Positions 1 through 9,077 of a stretch of DNA of 64,000 nt are shown here, one piece after another; within the stretch, counting starts at the first letter, position 1, and each line of letters starts with the position of its first letter. The position numbers and the translations under genes were made by a program. This DNA is from an uncultured Streptococcus sp. (GTDB taxonomy: Bacteria > Bacillota > Bacilli > Lactobacillales > Streptococcaceae), in the NCBI GenBank assembly GCA_902470035.1, contig CABREZ010000001.1, positions 5,813 through 69,812 on the forward strand, written 5' to 3'. The notes below the pieces were generated by a model, which was not told where the DNA came from, did not search any database, and saw only the letters and a program-made list of their open reading frames with translations.

Positions 1-51
1 GATATGAAAGAAATTTCGAAGTAAGCGAGTTGTTAAGTCTTCTTTTTGCAT
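1..51 (-). CDS. 5' end of a probable DUF3278-like membrane protein (runs off the window)
   Basis: ATG at 51 with an AGGAG RBS at 61-65. Translation MQKEDLTTRLLRNFFHI resembles the N-terminus of the neighbouring 415..957 protein (MKQETFTEKLIKRTYGI). Confidence 0.6.
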   Translation of the reverse strand, partial: MQKEDLTTRLLRNFFHI

Positions 52-77
52 GGATAATTTCTCCTAAATGAATGATG

Positions 78-404
78 TTACTTTGTTTCTTTTACGAATT
101 GATAGAGATAATAAAGATAAGTGATAGAAGAAAGGGTAGCGATAGTGAATAGTAAATAATATTTCCAATCACTTAAAATAACCGTCAGTTGTGGCAAGGA
201 TATAATCATAAAGCATAGTGCTAAGTTGAGTATGCGCGTTTTTTGGGAATCTATCTTTAGATAAGCCAATCCTTTATTGAGTGCTGGAAGAAAGACTAGA
301 ATGAGGACTATATCATAGAGCGGCAAGTTTCCTGAAATGATGATGAAAGTGAGTAGGGAAGCAAACAAAAGATGATAGGTAAGCAGGGTTACTAATGATT
401 TCAT
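78..404 (-). CDS. Small hydrophobic membrane protein
   Basis: 108 aa with about four hydrophobic segments and a GGAGG RBS; packed in an operon with DUF3278 and XRE genes. Confidence 0.7.
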   Translation of the reverse strand: MKSLVTLLTYHLLFASLLTFIIISGNLPLYDIVLILVFLPALNKGLAYLKIDSQKTRILNLALCFMIISLPQLTVILSDWKYYLLFTIATLSSITYLYYLYQFVKETK

Positions 405-414
405 AAGTTACCTC

Positions 415-957
415 CTAATAGTCGTCTTGATCTTCCTTGGCTTTTCGAATGCGAAATGAGACACTAATTTGCATCACCAAGCCGAAAAAGAAGGCTGCGA
501 AAAGGATTGATATAAAATGACCTAGATTGAAAAGAGAGGTAAGATAGTTTTTGCTATTATCCGTTAATACATTGAGAAGAGGTATTCCAAAGAACATAAA
601 AACTCCATAGAGCAGACCAGCTTTGATGCCAGGATAGCGTAACTGTTTGCTTTCTTTTTGGCTCAACATTTCGGGATCAATGGCTGTGATGCCCGTTTTC
701 TTGGTTTGGGAGACCACATAGAAAGCAGACAGCATCGCAATGCAAAACACCACAAGAGGATAGCCAATAGCGACAATTTGAGGATATTTATAAGCAAGGA
801 CAAAAGGAATGAGATTGCCAAATATCATCAGGTAAAAGAGGACCATAAAGACTTTATTTCCAATGCGATCTGCCTCGCATCGTTTGTGTTCATCAAGTGG
901 TCCAGAAATGCCATATGTGCGTTTAATCAGTTTTTCAGTAAAAGTTTCTTGTTTCAT
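415..957 (-). CDS. DUF3278 family membrane protein
   Basis: N-terminal 'KLIKRTYGISGPLDE...IGN' signature followed by four TM segments. Confidence 0.8.
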   Translation of the reverse strand: MKQETFTEKLIKRTYGISGPLDEHKRCEADRIGNKVFMVLFYLMIFGNLIPFVLAYKYPQIVAIGYPLVVFCIAMLSAFYVVSQTKKTGITAIDPEMLSQKESKQLRYPGIKAGLLYGVFMFFGIPLLNVLTDNSKNYLTSLFNLGHFISILFAAFFFGLVMQISVSFRIRKAKEDQDDY

Positions 958-974
958 TTTCTTTTTCCTTTTTG

Positions 975-1169
975 TTAAAAATCATCTTCCCAAAAAAGAT
1001 TGTTGAGGTCCGTTTGGAGGGTACGAGCGAGATTGAGACAGAGTTCCAGGGTCGGATTGTACTTGTCGTTTTCAATCATGTTGATAGTTTGCCTCGAGAC
1101 ACCGATATCCTTAGCAAGTTCGAGTTGAGACATCCCCAATTCCTTGCGAAATTCTTTCACACGGTTCAT
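975..1169 (-). CDS. XRE/Cro-CI HTH transcriptional regulator
   Basis: 64 aa, 'MSQLELAKDIGVSRQTINMIENDKYNPTLEL' HTH_3 pattern. Confidence 0.93.
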   Translation of the reverse strand: MNRVKEFRKELGMSQLELAKDIGVSRQTINMIENDKYNPTLELCLNLARTLQTDLNNLFWEDDF

Positions 1170-1190
1170 GTTTCCTCCTATTAAATTAAT

Positions 1191-1249
1191 GTCGTGTATA
1201 TTTGACTATAGTATAGTATTCTAAAAATTAAATGTCAACTATTTTTGAG
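1191..1249 (-). promoter_or_regulatory. Sigma70 promoter (TTGACA-17-TATACT) with two GTC-N10-GAC/GAG operator-like sites
   Basis: -35 at 1233-1238 and -10 at 1210-1215. Related imperfect palindromes GTCGTGTATATTTGAC (1191-1206) and GTCAACTATTTTTGAG (1234-1249). Confidence 0.65.
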
Positions 1250-1328
1250 ATTTTTTAATATTTCTTGCTAAAAAAAGCCCTCGGCTACTAAAAGTAACTG
1301 AAGGCTAGTAGAACAGCTCTCGCTCGAC

Positions 1329-2105
1329 CTACTCTTTCCAGCGATAGGTCTTGCGTGGTTTTTTCTTAGGTACCCGCTTGACTCCTACCTCTTCGACATA
1401 GGAACCGTAGGTCACAAGGAAATTATTGGTCAAAATTTCTTTATCTGGATGGATCAGATTCACCAACTCGGTTGCTTCGTATACGGTGAAAGGCTCTTCT
1501 AGGAGATGGAGGAAGGTTGGATTCCAGGCCAAGCGCCCTTGGATCCGCTTGATGGATTCTTGGACAATCTCATAGTGGTCAAAGGCAAAATCTTCAGCCG
1601 TCAAGACACGCCCATCTAGGGAACATTCCCCATGTTTGAAGTCCACATCGAGGAAAAGGACCTCTTTAGCATCATCTCCAGCTCGGACCATATCTACTGC
1701 TTCAGCTGGCAAATAAACCAAGTGAGCAATGGTAATGACCCAACCCCGAGGGTCCCGACCAGGAGTAGAAACTGTCATTAGTTGCTCGACCTTTTGAGGG
1801 GTCAATTCTAGTCCAACTTCTTCCTGGACTTCACGGATACAAGCCTGGATAGCATCTTCATGCTTTTGCAAGAATCCTCCAACCAAAGCCACCCGATGTT
1901 GACAAGGGTGGGTTTTCCGGCGAATCACCAAGAGCTTCAAACGCCCCTCCACAAAGCAGTAGGCCACCATATCGGTAGTTACACTTGGATTTTCATAGGT
2001 GGGATGATCCTGCTCCTTATACCAACGGAGGAATTCTTCCTCGCTGACGACTGTCTCGTAGTATTCCTTTTCATTCATCCCTTCCGGAATGCTTGTTGCT
2101 ATCAT
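1329..2105 (-). CDS. nrtR: NrtR-family Nudix transcriptional regulator
   Basis: 'PSVTTD', Nudix box 'GGFL...REVQEEVG', 'GRDPRGW', 'AFDH', C-terminal wHTH-like region; last gene of nadR-pnuC. Confidence 0.82.
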   Translation of the reverse strand: MIATSIPEGMNEKEYYETVVSEEEFLRWYKEQDHPTYENPSVTTDMVAYCFVEGRLKLLVIRRKTHPCQHRVALVGGFLQKHEDAIQACIREVQEEVGLELTPQKVEQLMTVSTPGRDPRGWVITIAHLVYLPAEAVDMVRAGDDAKEVLFLDVDFKHGECSLDGRVLTAEDFAFDHYEIVQESIKRIQGRLAWNPTFLHLLEEPFTVYEATELVNLIHPDKEILTNNFLVTYGSYVEEVGVKRVPKKKPRKTYRWKE

Positions 2106-2888
2106 TTAAGCCCCCTCCTTTTTCACAGCTTTGCTCCATTGGTACCAACCAACCAAACTATTAAGGGTGTAGACCCAATACATTCCCTGAATATGGATGC
2201 TTTCTCCCCACCAGAGGTAGATACTGAAGAGGTTGGTCGCAATCCAGAAAATCCACTGTTCGCGATAGAGACCGGTCATGAGAAGTTGCCCGACTCCATT
2301 GGTCGCATCTGTCACACTATCACGGAAAGGTCGTGCGCTGTGGATGCTTTTATAGGCATAGCCCATCCCGATCCAAATCAGAGCTGTTAGAACCAAATAC
2401 TTGATCCATTCCATCAAGGTTAATTTCTTGGCCTCAAAGTGAGACTCTTCTGCTCCTCCTTGGTCATTGATCCGATTTGACAACCAGACATAGAGGCCGA
2501 TTGGTTGCATCACGAAGAAGTACAGGGTTGTCAGAACTTCTCCATAAAAGTTTTTGTTCAAGGCTAGGATGAGGTAAATCGCTGAGTTTACTGCTCCAAA
2601 GAGATAGTTACTAGCCCGACCTTCTGCTACTAGTATCACACAAACGATTCCTGTCCAGGAGGCAAAGAGCCCTAACCAATCGTGACTTGCTTCCTGATTG
2701 GTAAACTCTAGGACAAAGGGCACGCTAGATAAAGCAATCAGATACAGCCATTGTGTCAGAGTGCGACCTGCAAATAGGTCTTTCCAAAGGAGTTTCATAA
2801 TCCCTACGAAGCCACGTTTGCCAGCTTCTCTATGGACATTTTTTAAATGCTCCCCAAATGTCTGAATTTTTTCTTGTAGTCGTTTCAT
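2106..2888 (-). CDS. pnuC: Nicotinamide riboside transporter PnuC
   Basis: Multi-TM protein with 'EQWIFWIATN' (WxxWxxxN) PnuC motif. Confidence 0.92.
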   Translation of the reverse strand: MKRLQEKIQTFGEHLKNVHREAGKRGFVGIMKLLWKDLFAGRTLTQWLYLIALSSVPFVLEFTNQEASHDWLGLFASWTGIVCVILVAEGRASNYLFGAVNSAIYLILALNKNFYGEVLTTLYFFVMQPIGLYVWLSNRINDQGGAEESHFEAKKLTLMEWIKYLVLTALIWIGMGYAYKSIHSARPFRDSVTDATNGVGQLLMTGLYREQWIFWIATNLFSIYLWWGESIHIQGMYWVYTLNSLVGWYQWSKAVKKEGA

Positions 2889-2900
2889 TCTGTTTCTCCT

Positions 2901-3959
2901 TTAATCAGCTTGATAAATCGTATCGATGACACGCTTCGCTTCTTCATAATTCCCCAAGTAGTCTTGTCCGAGATAGGCTGTAGGGATATCTGCGAGGTAT
3001 TGGTGGCGGAGGTGATCCAGGTGATTTGAAAAACTGTTACGAATTTCGTCATCTGCCATGGTCATATCACGGAAGCCATCATTGACATAGGATCCAATGG
3101 GTTGAACAAATAAGATCAAATCCCATTTTTCCTTAGCGAGGATACTGACAAAGAGATTGTCAAAGGTATCCGTCATACTGGTCTCTGGACTTTCTACTTC
3201 CATATAGTAGTCGTAATAGCCCTTCGTCACCAGAGAGTTGGTATCCGCAATGACCAGACCACGATTGGCACTACTATCAATCAATTTAGAAGTCTGATCG
3301 TATTGCCCCAACAAGAGGTAATAGTAATCTTTTGGTGTTAGTTCATCATCCCGTACATTGTTTCTAATTTGGTACTCACGAGCATATTCTAAACTCACTG
3401 GCGCATCATAGAAGCGGGCCAAATCTTTTGCCAAGGTCGTCTTCCCGTTGCTAGCACTCCCCATAATGAGGACTTTTTTGGTAAACTGACGACGGAAGGG
3501 TTGCGCAATGTATTTCCAATACTTGCTGGGATTTTCCCGGATGAGGGTCCCTGAGATGCCAAACTGACGCTCCTGCAGGCGAGCTTCAAAACCTCGCGCT
3601 TCAAGTTCTTCTTGGTAAGTCTTCTCTCCAACAAAGAAGACTAAATCTTCTCTCTTAGAATCATATTGAATCGTTTCTAAGGCGATTTTCAACCAAGGCT
3701 CCCATCCCAAGGGATAGCGAGGAAGTTCTGTCTCATCGAGTTTATAAATCTGAGTGAGTTCATCATTTGAAAAACCTTCTCGAATATAGCGAAAACGTTT
3801 TTGCAAAGGAAGGCCAACTTCTTCTCCTCGGTCACCTTTGTAACCAGAGACAATCACACAAACGCGGTCACATTGGCGTTTTGCCCGTTGAATTAAATCA
3901 ATATGCCCTTGATGAAGGGGGGCAAACGTTCCAAATACCACTGCCACTCTTTCTTTCAT
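2901..3959 (-). CDS. nadR: NadR-like bifunctional NMN adenylyltransferase / nicotinamide riboside kinase (no HTH)
   Basis: N-terminal 'FGTFAPLHQGH' HxGH motif and C-terminal Walker A 'GSASNGKT'. Confidence 0.88.
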   Translation of the reverse strand: MKERVAVVFGTFAPLHQGHIDLIQRAKRQCDRVCVIVSGYKGDRGEEVGLPLQKRFRYIREGFSNDELTQIYKLDETELPRYPLGWEPWLKIALETIQYDSKREDLVFFVGEKTYQEELEARGFEARLQERQFGISGTLIRENPSKYWKYIAQPFRRQFTKKVLIMGSASNGKTTLAKDLARFYDAPVSLEYAREYQIRNNVRDDELTPKDYYYLLLGQYDQTSKLIDSSANRGLVIADTNSLVTKGYYDYYMEVESPETSMTDTFDNLFVSILAKEKWDLILFVQPIGSYVNDGFRDMTMADDEIRNSFSNHLDHLRHQYLADIPTAYLGQDYLGNYEEAKRVIDTIYQAD

Positions 3960-4000
3960 CTAACTGGCTCCTTTATCATAATGTCAAAACATGTTTTGCT

Positions 4001-4037
4001 TATGATTTTATTATAAACTATAATTTCAATCTGTCAA
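4001..4037 (-). promoter_or_regulatory. nadR promoter with a putative NrtR operator overlapping the -10
   Basis: TTGACA at 4032-4037 and TATAAT at 4010-4015. Imperfect palindrome ATAGTTTATAATAAAATCATA (4021-4001) covers the -10. Confidence 0.6.
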
Positions 4038-4082
4038 TACCTTTTTATAAAAAAATATAATTTTATAAAACAAAAATTAAAA

Positions 4083-4120
4083 AGATTCAACTCTGTATGT
4101 TATTATACAGAATTGAATCT
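4083..4120. terminator. Hairpin downstream of the lipoprotein gene
   Basis: agattcaactctgtat-gttatt-atacagaattgaatct inverted repeat with an adjacent A-tract. Confidence 0.6.
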
Positions 4121-4161
4121 CTGATTTCAATCATTTTTTTAATTTTCTCAGTGGCGAGCCA

Positions 4162-4911
4162 TTATTCCCGAAGCAAGGCATGCGTATGGCCTTTTTCTGT
4201 CACTTGAACACTTGCCAGTTGGCCATCTTGACCAACGACTATATCCAAGATAGCTGCAGATCCATCTTGGGCGGAAATCAAGCCAGCATGATAATGACCT
4301 TGATCTAAGTTGTATTCATAGCTTCCAATCGTATAGCCCACTGCATCGCCACCTGGAGTTTGTATGGTCACTTGGCCTCCTTGCCCGATCATTACAGCTG
4401 TATCGCGACCGTCGGTCCAACTACCTATTGCTCCAGAATAATCCCCTGAGGCATAAGCTAATACACCTTTATAGCGTGGGTTCTCTGTCTTAGAGGCTTG
4501 CTCTTTGGCAGTCATGCGACCTTCCTCCAAGCTAGGACGTTTTGGTTTTTCAGGTGCTGGGGTCACTGCTGGATGTGTTTCTTTGGAAGGAGTTGGGGCC
4601 AGGCCTTGACTGACTTCTGAAACTCTTGGTGTCACCGGAGTTGACGGAGTCTCTTGGCTCGCTTGTGTTTCGCTCGAAGCGATGGCAGGAGTTTTTGCCA
4701 CTTCTGCGCTTTGTTGGCTTTGTGTGGTTTTGCCTGTAGCCTTTTTCTCTTCTTTTTTACTCGTAGAGCTTTGTTTCACTTGCTCAATGTTACTAGTTGA
4801 AGATGGACTGGTTTCCTTTTTCTTTTCTGATCCACAGCCGCTTAATAAAAGAGCAGCGGTTAAAGCAAGGGTTGATAGACTAAAGAGGATTCCTTTCGTT
4901 TTCATGATCAC
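4162..4911 (-). CDS. Lipoprotein with Ser/Thr/Pro-rich linker and a small C-terminal beta domain
   Basis: Lipobox 'LLLSGC', low-complexity linker, globular C-terminus. Confidence 0.75.
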   Translation of the reverse strand: MIMKTKGILFSLSTLALTAALLLSGCGSEKKKETSPSSTSNIEQVKQSSTSKKEEKKATGKTTQSQQSAEVAKTPAIASSETQASQETPSTPVTPRVSEVSQGLAPTPSKETHPAVTPAPEKPKRPSLEEGRMTAKEQASKTENPRYKGVLAYASGDYSGAIGSWTDGRDTAVMIGQGGQVTIQTPGGDAVGYTIGSYEYNLDQGHYHAGLISAQDGSAAILDIVVGQDGQLASVQVTEKGHTHALLRE

Positions 4912-4940
4912 ACCTCGTGTTTGTAATATTTGTTACATTT

Positions 4941-4978
4941 TGTAATATAATTGTAACAATAATCTATGAGTAAGTCAA
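4941..4978 (-). promoter_or_regulatory. Promoter TTGACT-17-TACAAT with a WalR/VicR-type direct repeat over the -10
   Basis: TGTAAT-ATAAT-TGTAAC at 4941-4957 (+) matches TGTWAH-N5-TGTWAH; -35 at 4973-4978, -10 at 4950-4955. Confidence 0.55.
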
Positions 4979-5067
4979 GTGAATTTTCTATCCATCTCCC
5001 AAAATAGAAACTAGTTTCAAAAAAAGAGTGAACTCCTGGAGAGTCCTCCAACCATTCACTCTTTTTC

Positions 5068-5472
5068 TTATTGATAGACTTCTTGATAAAATTCGATGGT
5101 ATCTCCATCTTGGACAGTCGTTTCTGCTGCCCCTTTTGGTGCCATCTCTCCATTGATCTTGTACATCCAATAGAGCCCCTTGCTTTCATCCTGGGCTACG
5201 CCATCGATCGAGGTGATGAGTCCACTCTTCTCCTCAATTTTGTAGTTAGCTTTCAGGACTTCCATCAGGTTAGATTTTTCTGCAACCTTTAAGGTCTTGC
5301 TTTGAGCTTCTTGACCTTCAGGGGCGATACTGACTGTAATGGTAATTTGTTTTTCTTTAGCTACTTGTGAGCTAGAAGCTGAGTTTTCCGTGGTCGATGG
5401 TGTGCTTTGTCCGCAACTGACCAATACAAGAGCCGTTAGGACAGCAAACAAGCTATAAAGTGTTTTTTTCAT
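5068..5472 (-). CDS. DUF4430 (transcobalamin-like C-terminal domain) lipoprotein
   Basis: Lipobox 'VLVSC'; 'GLITSIDG...YWMYKING...GAAETTVQDGDTIEF' DUF4430 pattern. Confidence 0.85.
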   Translation of the reverse strand: MKKTLYSLFAVLTALVLVSCGQSTPSTTENSASSSQVAKEKQITITVSIAPEGQEAQSKTLKVAEKSNLMEVLKANYKIEEKSGLITSIDGVAQDESKGLYWMYKINGEMAPKGAAETTVQDGDTIEFYQEVYQ

Positions 5473-5941
5473 GATACAATCTCCTAAATACTACATAAAG
5501 TAGAGGGTAAAAACAGGCGGTGGAAAAGGCATGGGCCAGGTTAAAGCTAAAGCCATTCACCAGGGCATAGGTCCACCAGGGCATATGATAGAGGACAGCA
5601 TAAAGACTGTCAATCACTATCCCGTAGAGAAAGGATAAGATACCGACCACTAGAGTCTGGACTTGCAAAGACAGATGGTGATAGAGCCCTCGCCAAAGAG
5701 TCAAGAGAAGGCCAAAGGCCAGTATCTGAGCGAGCACCACTGGGCTCATCCCCAAGAGAAAAGCCGAGGTAAACATGGTGACCGCCATCACCAAACAGGC
5801 AAATTGCCAGTCTTCAAATAGCACCAGTAAAAAGAAAATGGCACTAATGGGTTGGACATTAGGCAGAAAGGCAAAAGCTTGTCTCAGCACCACACAGAGG
5901 GCTGCTAAGAGGGTGATTCGGGTCAAGCGTTTGAGAGGCAC
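5453..5941 (-). CDS. ECF transporter S component (CbrT-like, probable cobalamin)
   Basis: 162 aa, about six TMs, 'LLAALCVVLR...LPNVQP' and 'LAHAFST' motifs; overlaps the DUF4430 gene. Confidence 0.75.
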   Translation of the reverse strand: MPLKRLTRITLLAALCVVLRQAFAFLPNVQPISAIFFLLVLFEDWQFACLVMAVTMFTSAFLLGMSPVVLAQILAFGLLLTLWRGLYHHLSLQVQTLVVGILSFLYGIVIDSLYAVLYHMPWWTYALVNGFSFNLAHAFSTACFYPLLYVVFRRLYHEKNTL

Positions 5942-5952
5942 TGCATATCCTC

Positions 5953-8382
5953 CTAGTCAATCGTGAAGTTAAGCTGACCAGACTTGACACCTACCTTGAG
6001 GGTTTGCCCTTCAGCCACTTCTCCTCTCAAGAGGATCTCTGCCAAGTAGTCTTCTACCTGGGTCTGAATGGTTCGGCGCAAAGGACGTGCTCCCATCTCT
6101 GGATCATATCCGTGAGTCGCCAGCCATTTAAGGGCAGACGCTTGGAATTTCAGAGCAATGCCCTTCTCTGCTAGAGATTGAACCAGCGGTTTCACCATAA
6201 TCTTGACAATCTCATGCATTTGGTCACTGGTCAAGCTATGGAAGACAACCTTCTCATCAATCCGGTTGATAAACTCTGGTCGATAAGTCTTCTTCAACTC
6301 TTCGAAGATGCGTTTCTCCATATTGGCTTGGTCAAAGCGAATATCCTTGGCTCCAAAGCCAACTGTCTTATCATCTCGTAAAGCGGTAGCTCCCAAGTTT
6401 GACGTCATGATAATAATCGTATTGGAGAAATCTACCTTGCGTCCCTTGCTATCAGTTAAGACCCCATCATCTAGAACTTGCAAGAGAACGTTAAAGATAT
6501 CCGGATGGGCTTTTTCCACCTCATCAAACAAGAGGACAGAATAAGGTTTGTTGCGGACTTTTTCCGTCAACTCGCCCCCTTCTTCGTAGCCCACATAGCC
6601 TGGAGGGGCTCCGTTGAGACGACTGGCCGCGAATTTTTCCATGTACTCACTCATGTCAAAACGGATCAAAGCAGACTCATCATCAAAGAGGACCTCTGCA
6701 AGAGCCTTCGCCAACTCGGTTTTCCCGACCCCAGTCGGACCGAGAAAGAGGAAGGAGCCAATTGGCCGTTTGTGAGACCGGATTCCCGACTGATTGCGGC
6801 GAATCGCTCTGCTGATACTTGAGACGGCCTGATCCTGACCAATCACGCGCTTATGAAGTTCCGCTTCCAATTCAAGGTATTTCTTAGCAGCTGTTTGGGT
6901 TAATTTTTCAACAGGAATGCCTGACAATTGACTGAGCGTCTTCAGAATATCCTCTTCCTTGACTTCCAACTGGTATCCTTTCGGACTAGCGTCTTCTTTT
7001 AGCAACTGAGCAACTTTTTTCCACTGCCCCTTGAGCAAGGCTTGATCGGCAGCTGTCAAGTCGGACTGAAGCCCCGCTTGAGGCCCCTTGTTTTGCACGG
7101 TTGCTGCCGCCTCATCCAAAAGATCAATGGCTGAGTCTGGCAAGAGGCGACTGGTCAAATACCGATTGGCATAGACAACAGCTGTCTCAATGGCCGCATC
7201 CGTAATATGGACGCGGTGGTGACGTTCATAGTTGCTCTTGAGCCCTTGTAAAATCGCGATGCTATCTGCAACAGAGGGTTGCTCAATCAAGACCTTAGCA
7301 AAGCGGCGTGACAAAGCGGCGTCTTTTTCGATGTGTTTTTGGTATTCTTCTTGCGTAGTCGCTCCTACGGTCCGTAAGGTCCCGCGAGCCAAGGCAGGCT
7401 TCAAGATATTGGCCGCATCCAAGGTGGAGTCAATCCCTGATCCAGATCCCATAATAGTATGGAGCTCATCGATGAAGAGAATGACATGGCCATCTTCTTC
7501 AATATCATTGATGATGTTGTTCATCCGCTCTTCAAAATCTCCACGGAACCGCGTTCCTGCGACAACATTCATCAAGTCCAACTCTAAGACACGCATCTTA
7601 GCCAGCTCCGTTGGGACATCTCCACTGGCAATCCTTTGGGCCAAGCCCAAAGCCAGAGCAGTCTTTCCGACACCCGCATCTCCAACGAGGACCGGATTGT
7701 TTTTTGTTTTGCGGCTCAAAATCTGAATCATCCGCGAGATTTCTTGCCCCCGGCCAATCACCGGTTCCAAACTGCCATTGCGAGCCATTTCTGTCAAATC
7801 TCGGGTGTAGTCTTCCAAACCACCACTGGTAGAGGCAGGCATGCCCATCATATTTCCCATGGTTTGACGGTTTGGTTGCTGGGCCCGATATAGCGAACGA
7901 ATAGCCTTGACAGCTTCCTTGTCCCAACCTGCTCGTTGTTCCAAGTTCTTACGAAGCTCGACGATTTTAATGCCCTCTTCCTGATCATCGTAGCGGAAGC
8001 CAACATACTCCAATACTTGAGAAGCCAAGGTCCCCCGCTCTAATAGAAGCGCCAAGAGGACATGCTCCGTTCCAAGACTTTTGGCATGGACTGCCTGAGC
8101 AATCTCTTGGGAACGTTTCATGATTTCTTCTACACGGAAAGAAAAAGGAAATACCTCATAGCGGCCATCCCGTTGGTATACTTGGCCCGTGATGTGCTCC
8201 GCCGCATCTTGAAAATCATCAATCTGCATAGGATAGTCACTTAAGACAGAACCAGCTACACTATAAGGATTATTGGCTAGGGCTACTAGGATATGCCAGG
8301 TATCTAGCGTTTGAGACTCAAAATGACCCGCCAAGATTTGAGCGGCTTCAATCGTTTCTAATAGGGCTTTTGAATAGTTCAT
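5953..8382 (-). CDS. clpC: ATP-dependent Clp protease ATPase ClpC
   Basis: Two AAA+ modules (GDAGVGKT, GPTGVGKT) and Clp-N repeats; start reassigned to MNYSKAL at 8382. Confidence 0.97.
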   Translation of the reverse strand: MNYSKALLETIEAAQILAGHFESQTLDTWHILVALANNPYSVAGSVLSDYPMQIDDFQDAAEHITGQVYQRDGRYEVFPFSFRVEEIMKRSQEIAQAVHAKSLGTEHVLLALLLERGTLASQVLEYVGFRYDDQEEGIKIVELRKNLEQRAGWDKEAVKAIRSLYRAQQPNRQTMGNMMGMPASTSGGLEDYTRDLTEMARNGSLEPVIGRGQEISRMIQILSRKTKNNPVLVGDAGVGKTALALGLAQRIASGDVPTELAKMRVLELDLMNVVAGTRFRGDFEERMNNIINDIEEDGHVILFIDELHTIMGSGSGIDSTLDAANILKPALARGTLRTVGATTQEEYQKHIEKDAALSRRFAKVLIEQPSVADSIAILQGLKSNYERHHRVHITDAAIETAVVYANRYLTSRLLPDSAIDLLDEAAATVQNKGPQAGLQSDLTAADQALLKGQWKKVAQLLKEDASPKGYQLEVKEEDILKTLSQLSGIPVEKLTQTAAKKYLELEAELHKRVIGQDQAVSSISRAIRRNQSGIRSHKRPIGSFLFLGPTGVGKTELAKALAEVLFDDESALIRFDMSEYMEKFAASRLNGAPPGYVGYEEGGELTEKVRNKPYSVLLFDEVEKAHPDIFNVLLQVLDDGVLTDSKGRKVDFSNTIIIMTSNLGATALRDDKTVGFGAKDIRFDQANMEKRIFEELKKTYRPEFINRIDEKVVFHSLTSDQMHEIVKIMVKPLVQSLAEKGIALKFQASALKWLATHGYDPEMGARPLRRTIQTQVEDYLAEILLRGEVAEGQTLKVGVKSGQLNFTID

Positions 8383-8389
8383 AAGGAGA

Positions 8390-8848
8390 TTACATTCCCT
8401 TTCTATCGACTTGTTGGATAATTTTTCGTAGGATATTGGCTCGTAAGCGATGGGCTTCACTTCCCAGAACCTCGTCTGTCGTCGTCACTGACAAAAGCTC
8501 TGCCTCTTTCTTTGTAAGGAGTTTTTCTTCAAATAGCATTTGAAGGATATCACCAAAAACAGTCTGACTGATTTGTTCTCCGATGCTTGCGCCAAGCTCT
8601 TTTAGCATCTGGTGTTGGTCTGAAAATTGGACCTTGCCAATCCGGATGTACCCTCCGCCTCCACGCTTGCTCTCTACGATATAGCCTCGACTTTCGGTAA
8701 AGCGGGTCTTGATCACATAATTGATTTGACTAGGAACAACTTGGAAAACATCCGCTAATTCGCTTCTCTTGAGCTCTGCGATGCCTGCTTGGGCCAGTAG
8801 CGACTTGATATAGGCCTCAATGCTATCTGATGTATTTTTACTTGCCAT
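8390..8848 (-). CDS. ctsR: Class III heat-shock repressor CtsR
   Basis: 'VVPSQINYVIKTRF...ESKRGGGGYIRI'; start at 8848 after an AAAGGAG RBS. Confidence 0.97.
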   Translation of the reverse strand: MASKNTSDSIEAYIKSLLAQAGIAELKRSELADVFQVVPSQINYVIKTRFTESRGYIVESKRGGGGYIRIGKVQFSDQHQMLKELGASIGEQISQTVFGDILQMLFEEKLLTKKEAELLSVTTTDEVLGSEAHRLRANILRKIIQQVDRKGM

Positions 8849-8933
8849 GATGCTCCTTTCTAACCTTTTCATTCTAGATAAGCTCTCTGCTCTTCAGAGG
8901 GTAAAAAATAGTCTCATCATCCACGATGTCATT

Positions 8934-8956
8934 ATTGACCTTATCTGACTATTATA
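8934..8956 (-). promoter_or_regulatory. CtsR box adjoining the -10 of the ctsR promoter
   Basis: Minus strand reads TATAAT-AGTCAGA-TAA-GGTCAAT, close to the RGTCAAA-NAN-RGTCAAA consensus. Confidence 0.8.
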
Positions 8957-9035
8957 CAATTTTTACGCCTGTAAATAAAGCAAAGACTACGTCGAGATAG
9001 AATCTGAAGCCCCCTTACTGGTAGCTAGAAGGAAC

Positions 9036-9066
9036 AAAAAAGAGGTTAGCAATTGCTAACCTCTTA
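9036..9066 (-). terminator. Rho-independent terminator of the fucosidase gene
   Basis: aagaggttagc-aatt-gctaacctctt hairpin with a U-tract on the - strand. Confidence 0.8.
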
Positions 9067-9077
9067 TAGAAGGGGCA

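Noticed and set aside
5942..5952. Cobalamin riboswitch for the ECF S component
   Set aside because: Only 11 bp separate the gene from clpC, and no B12-box motif is visible.
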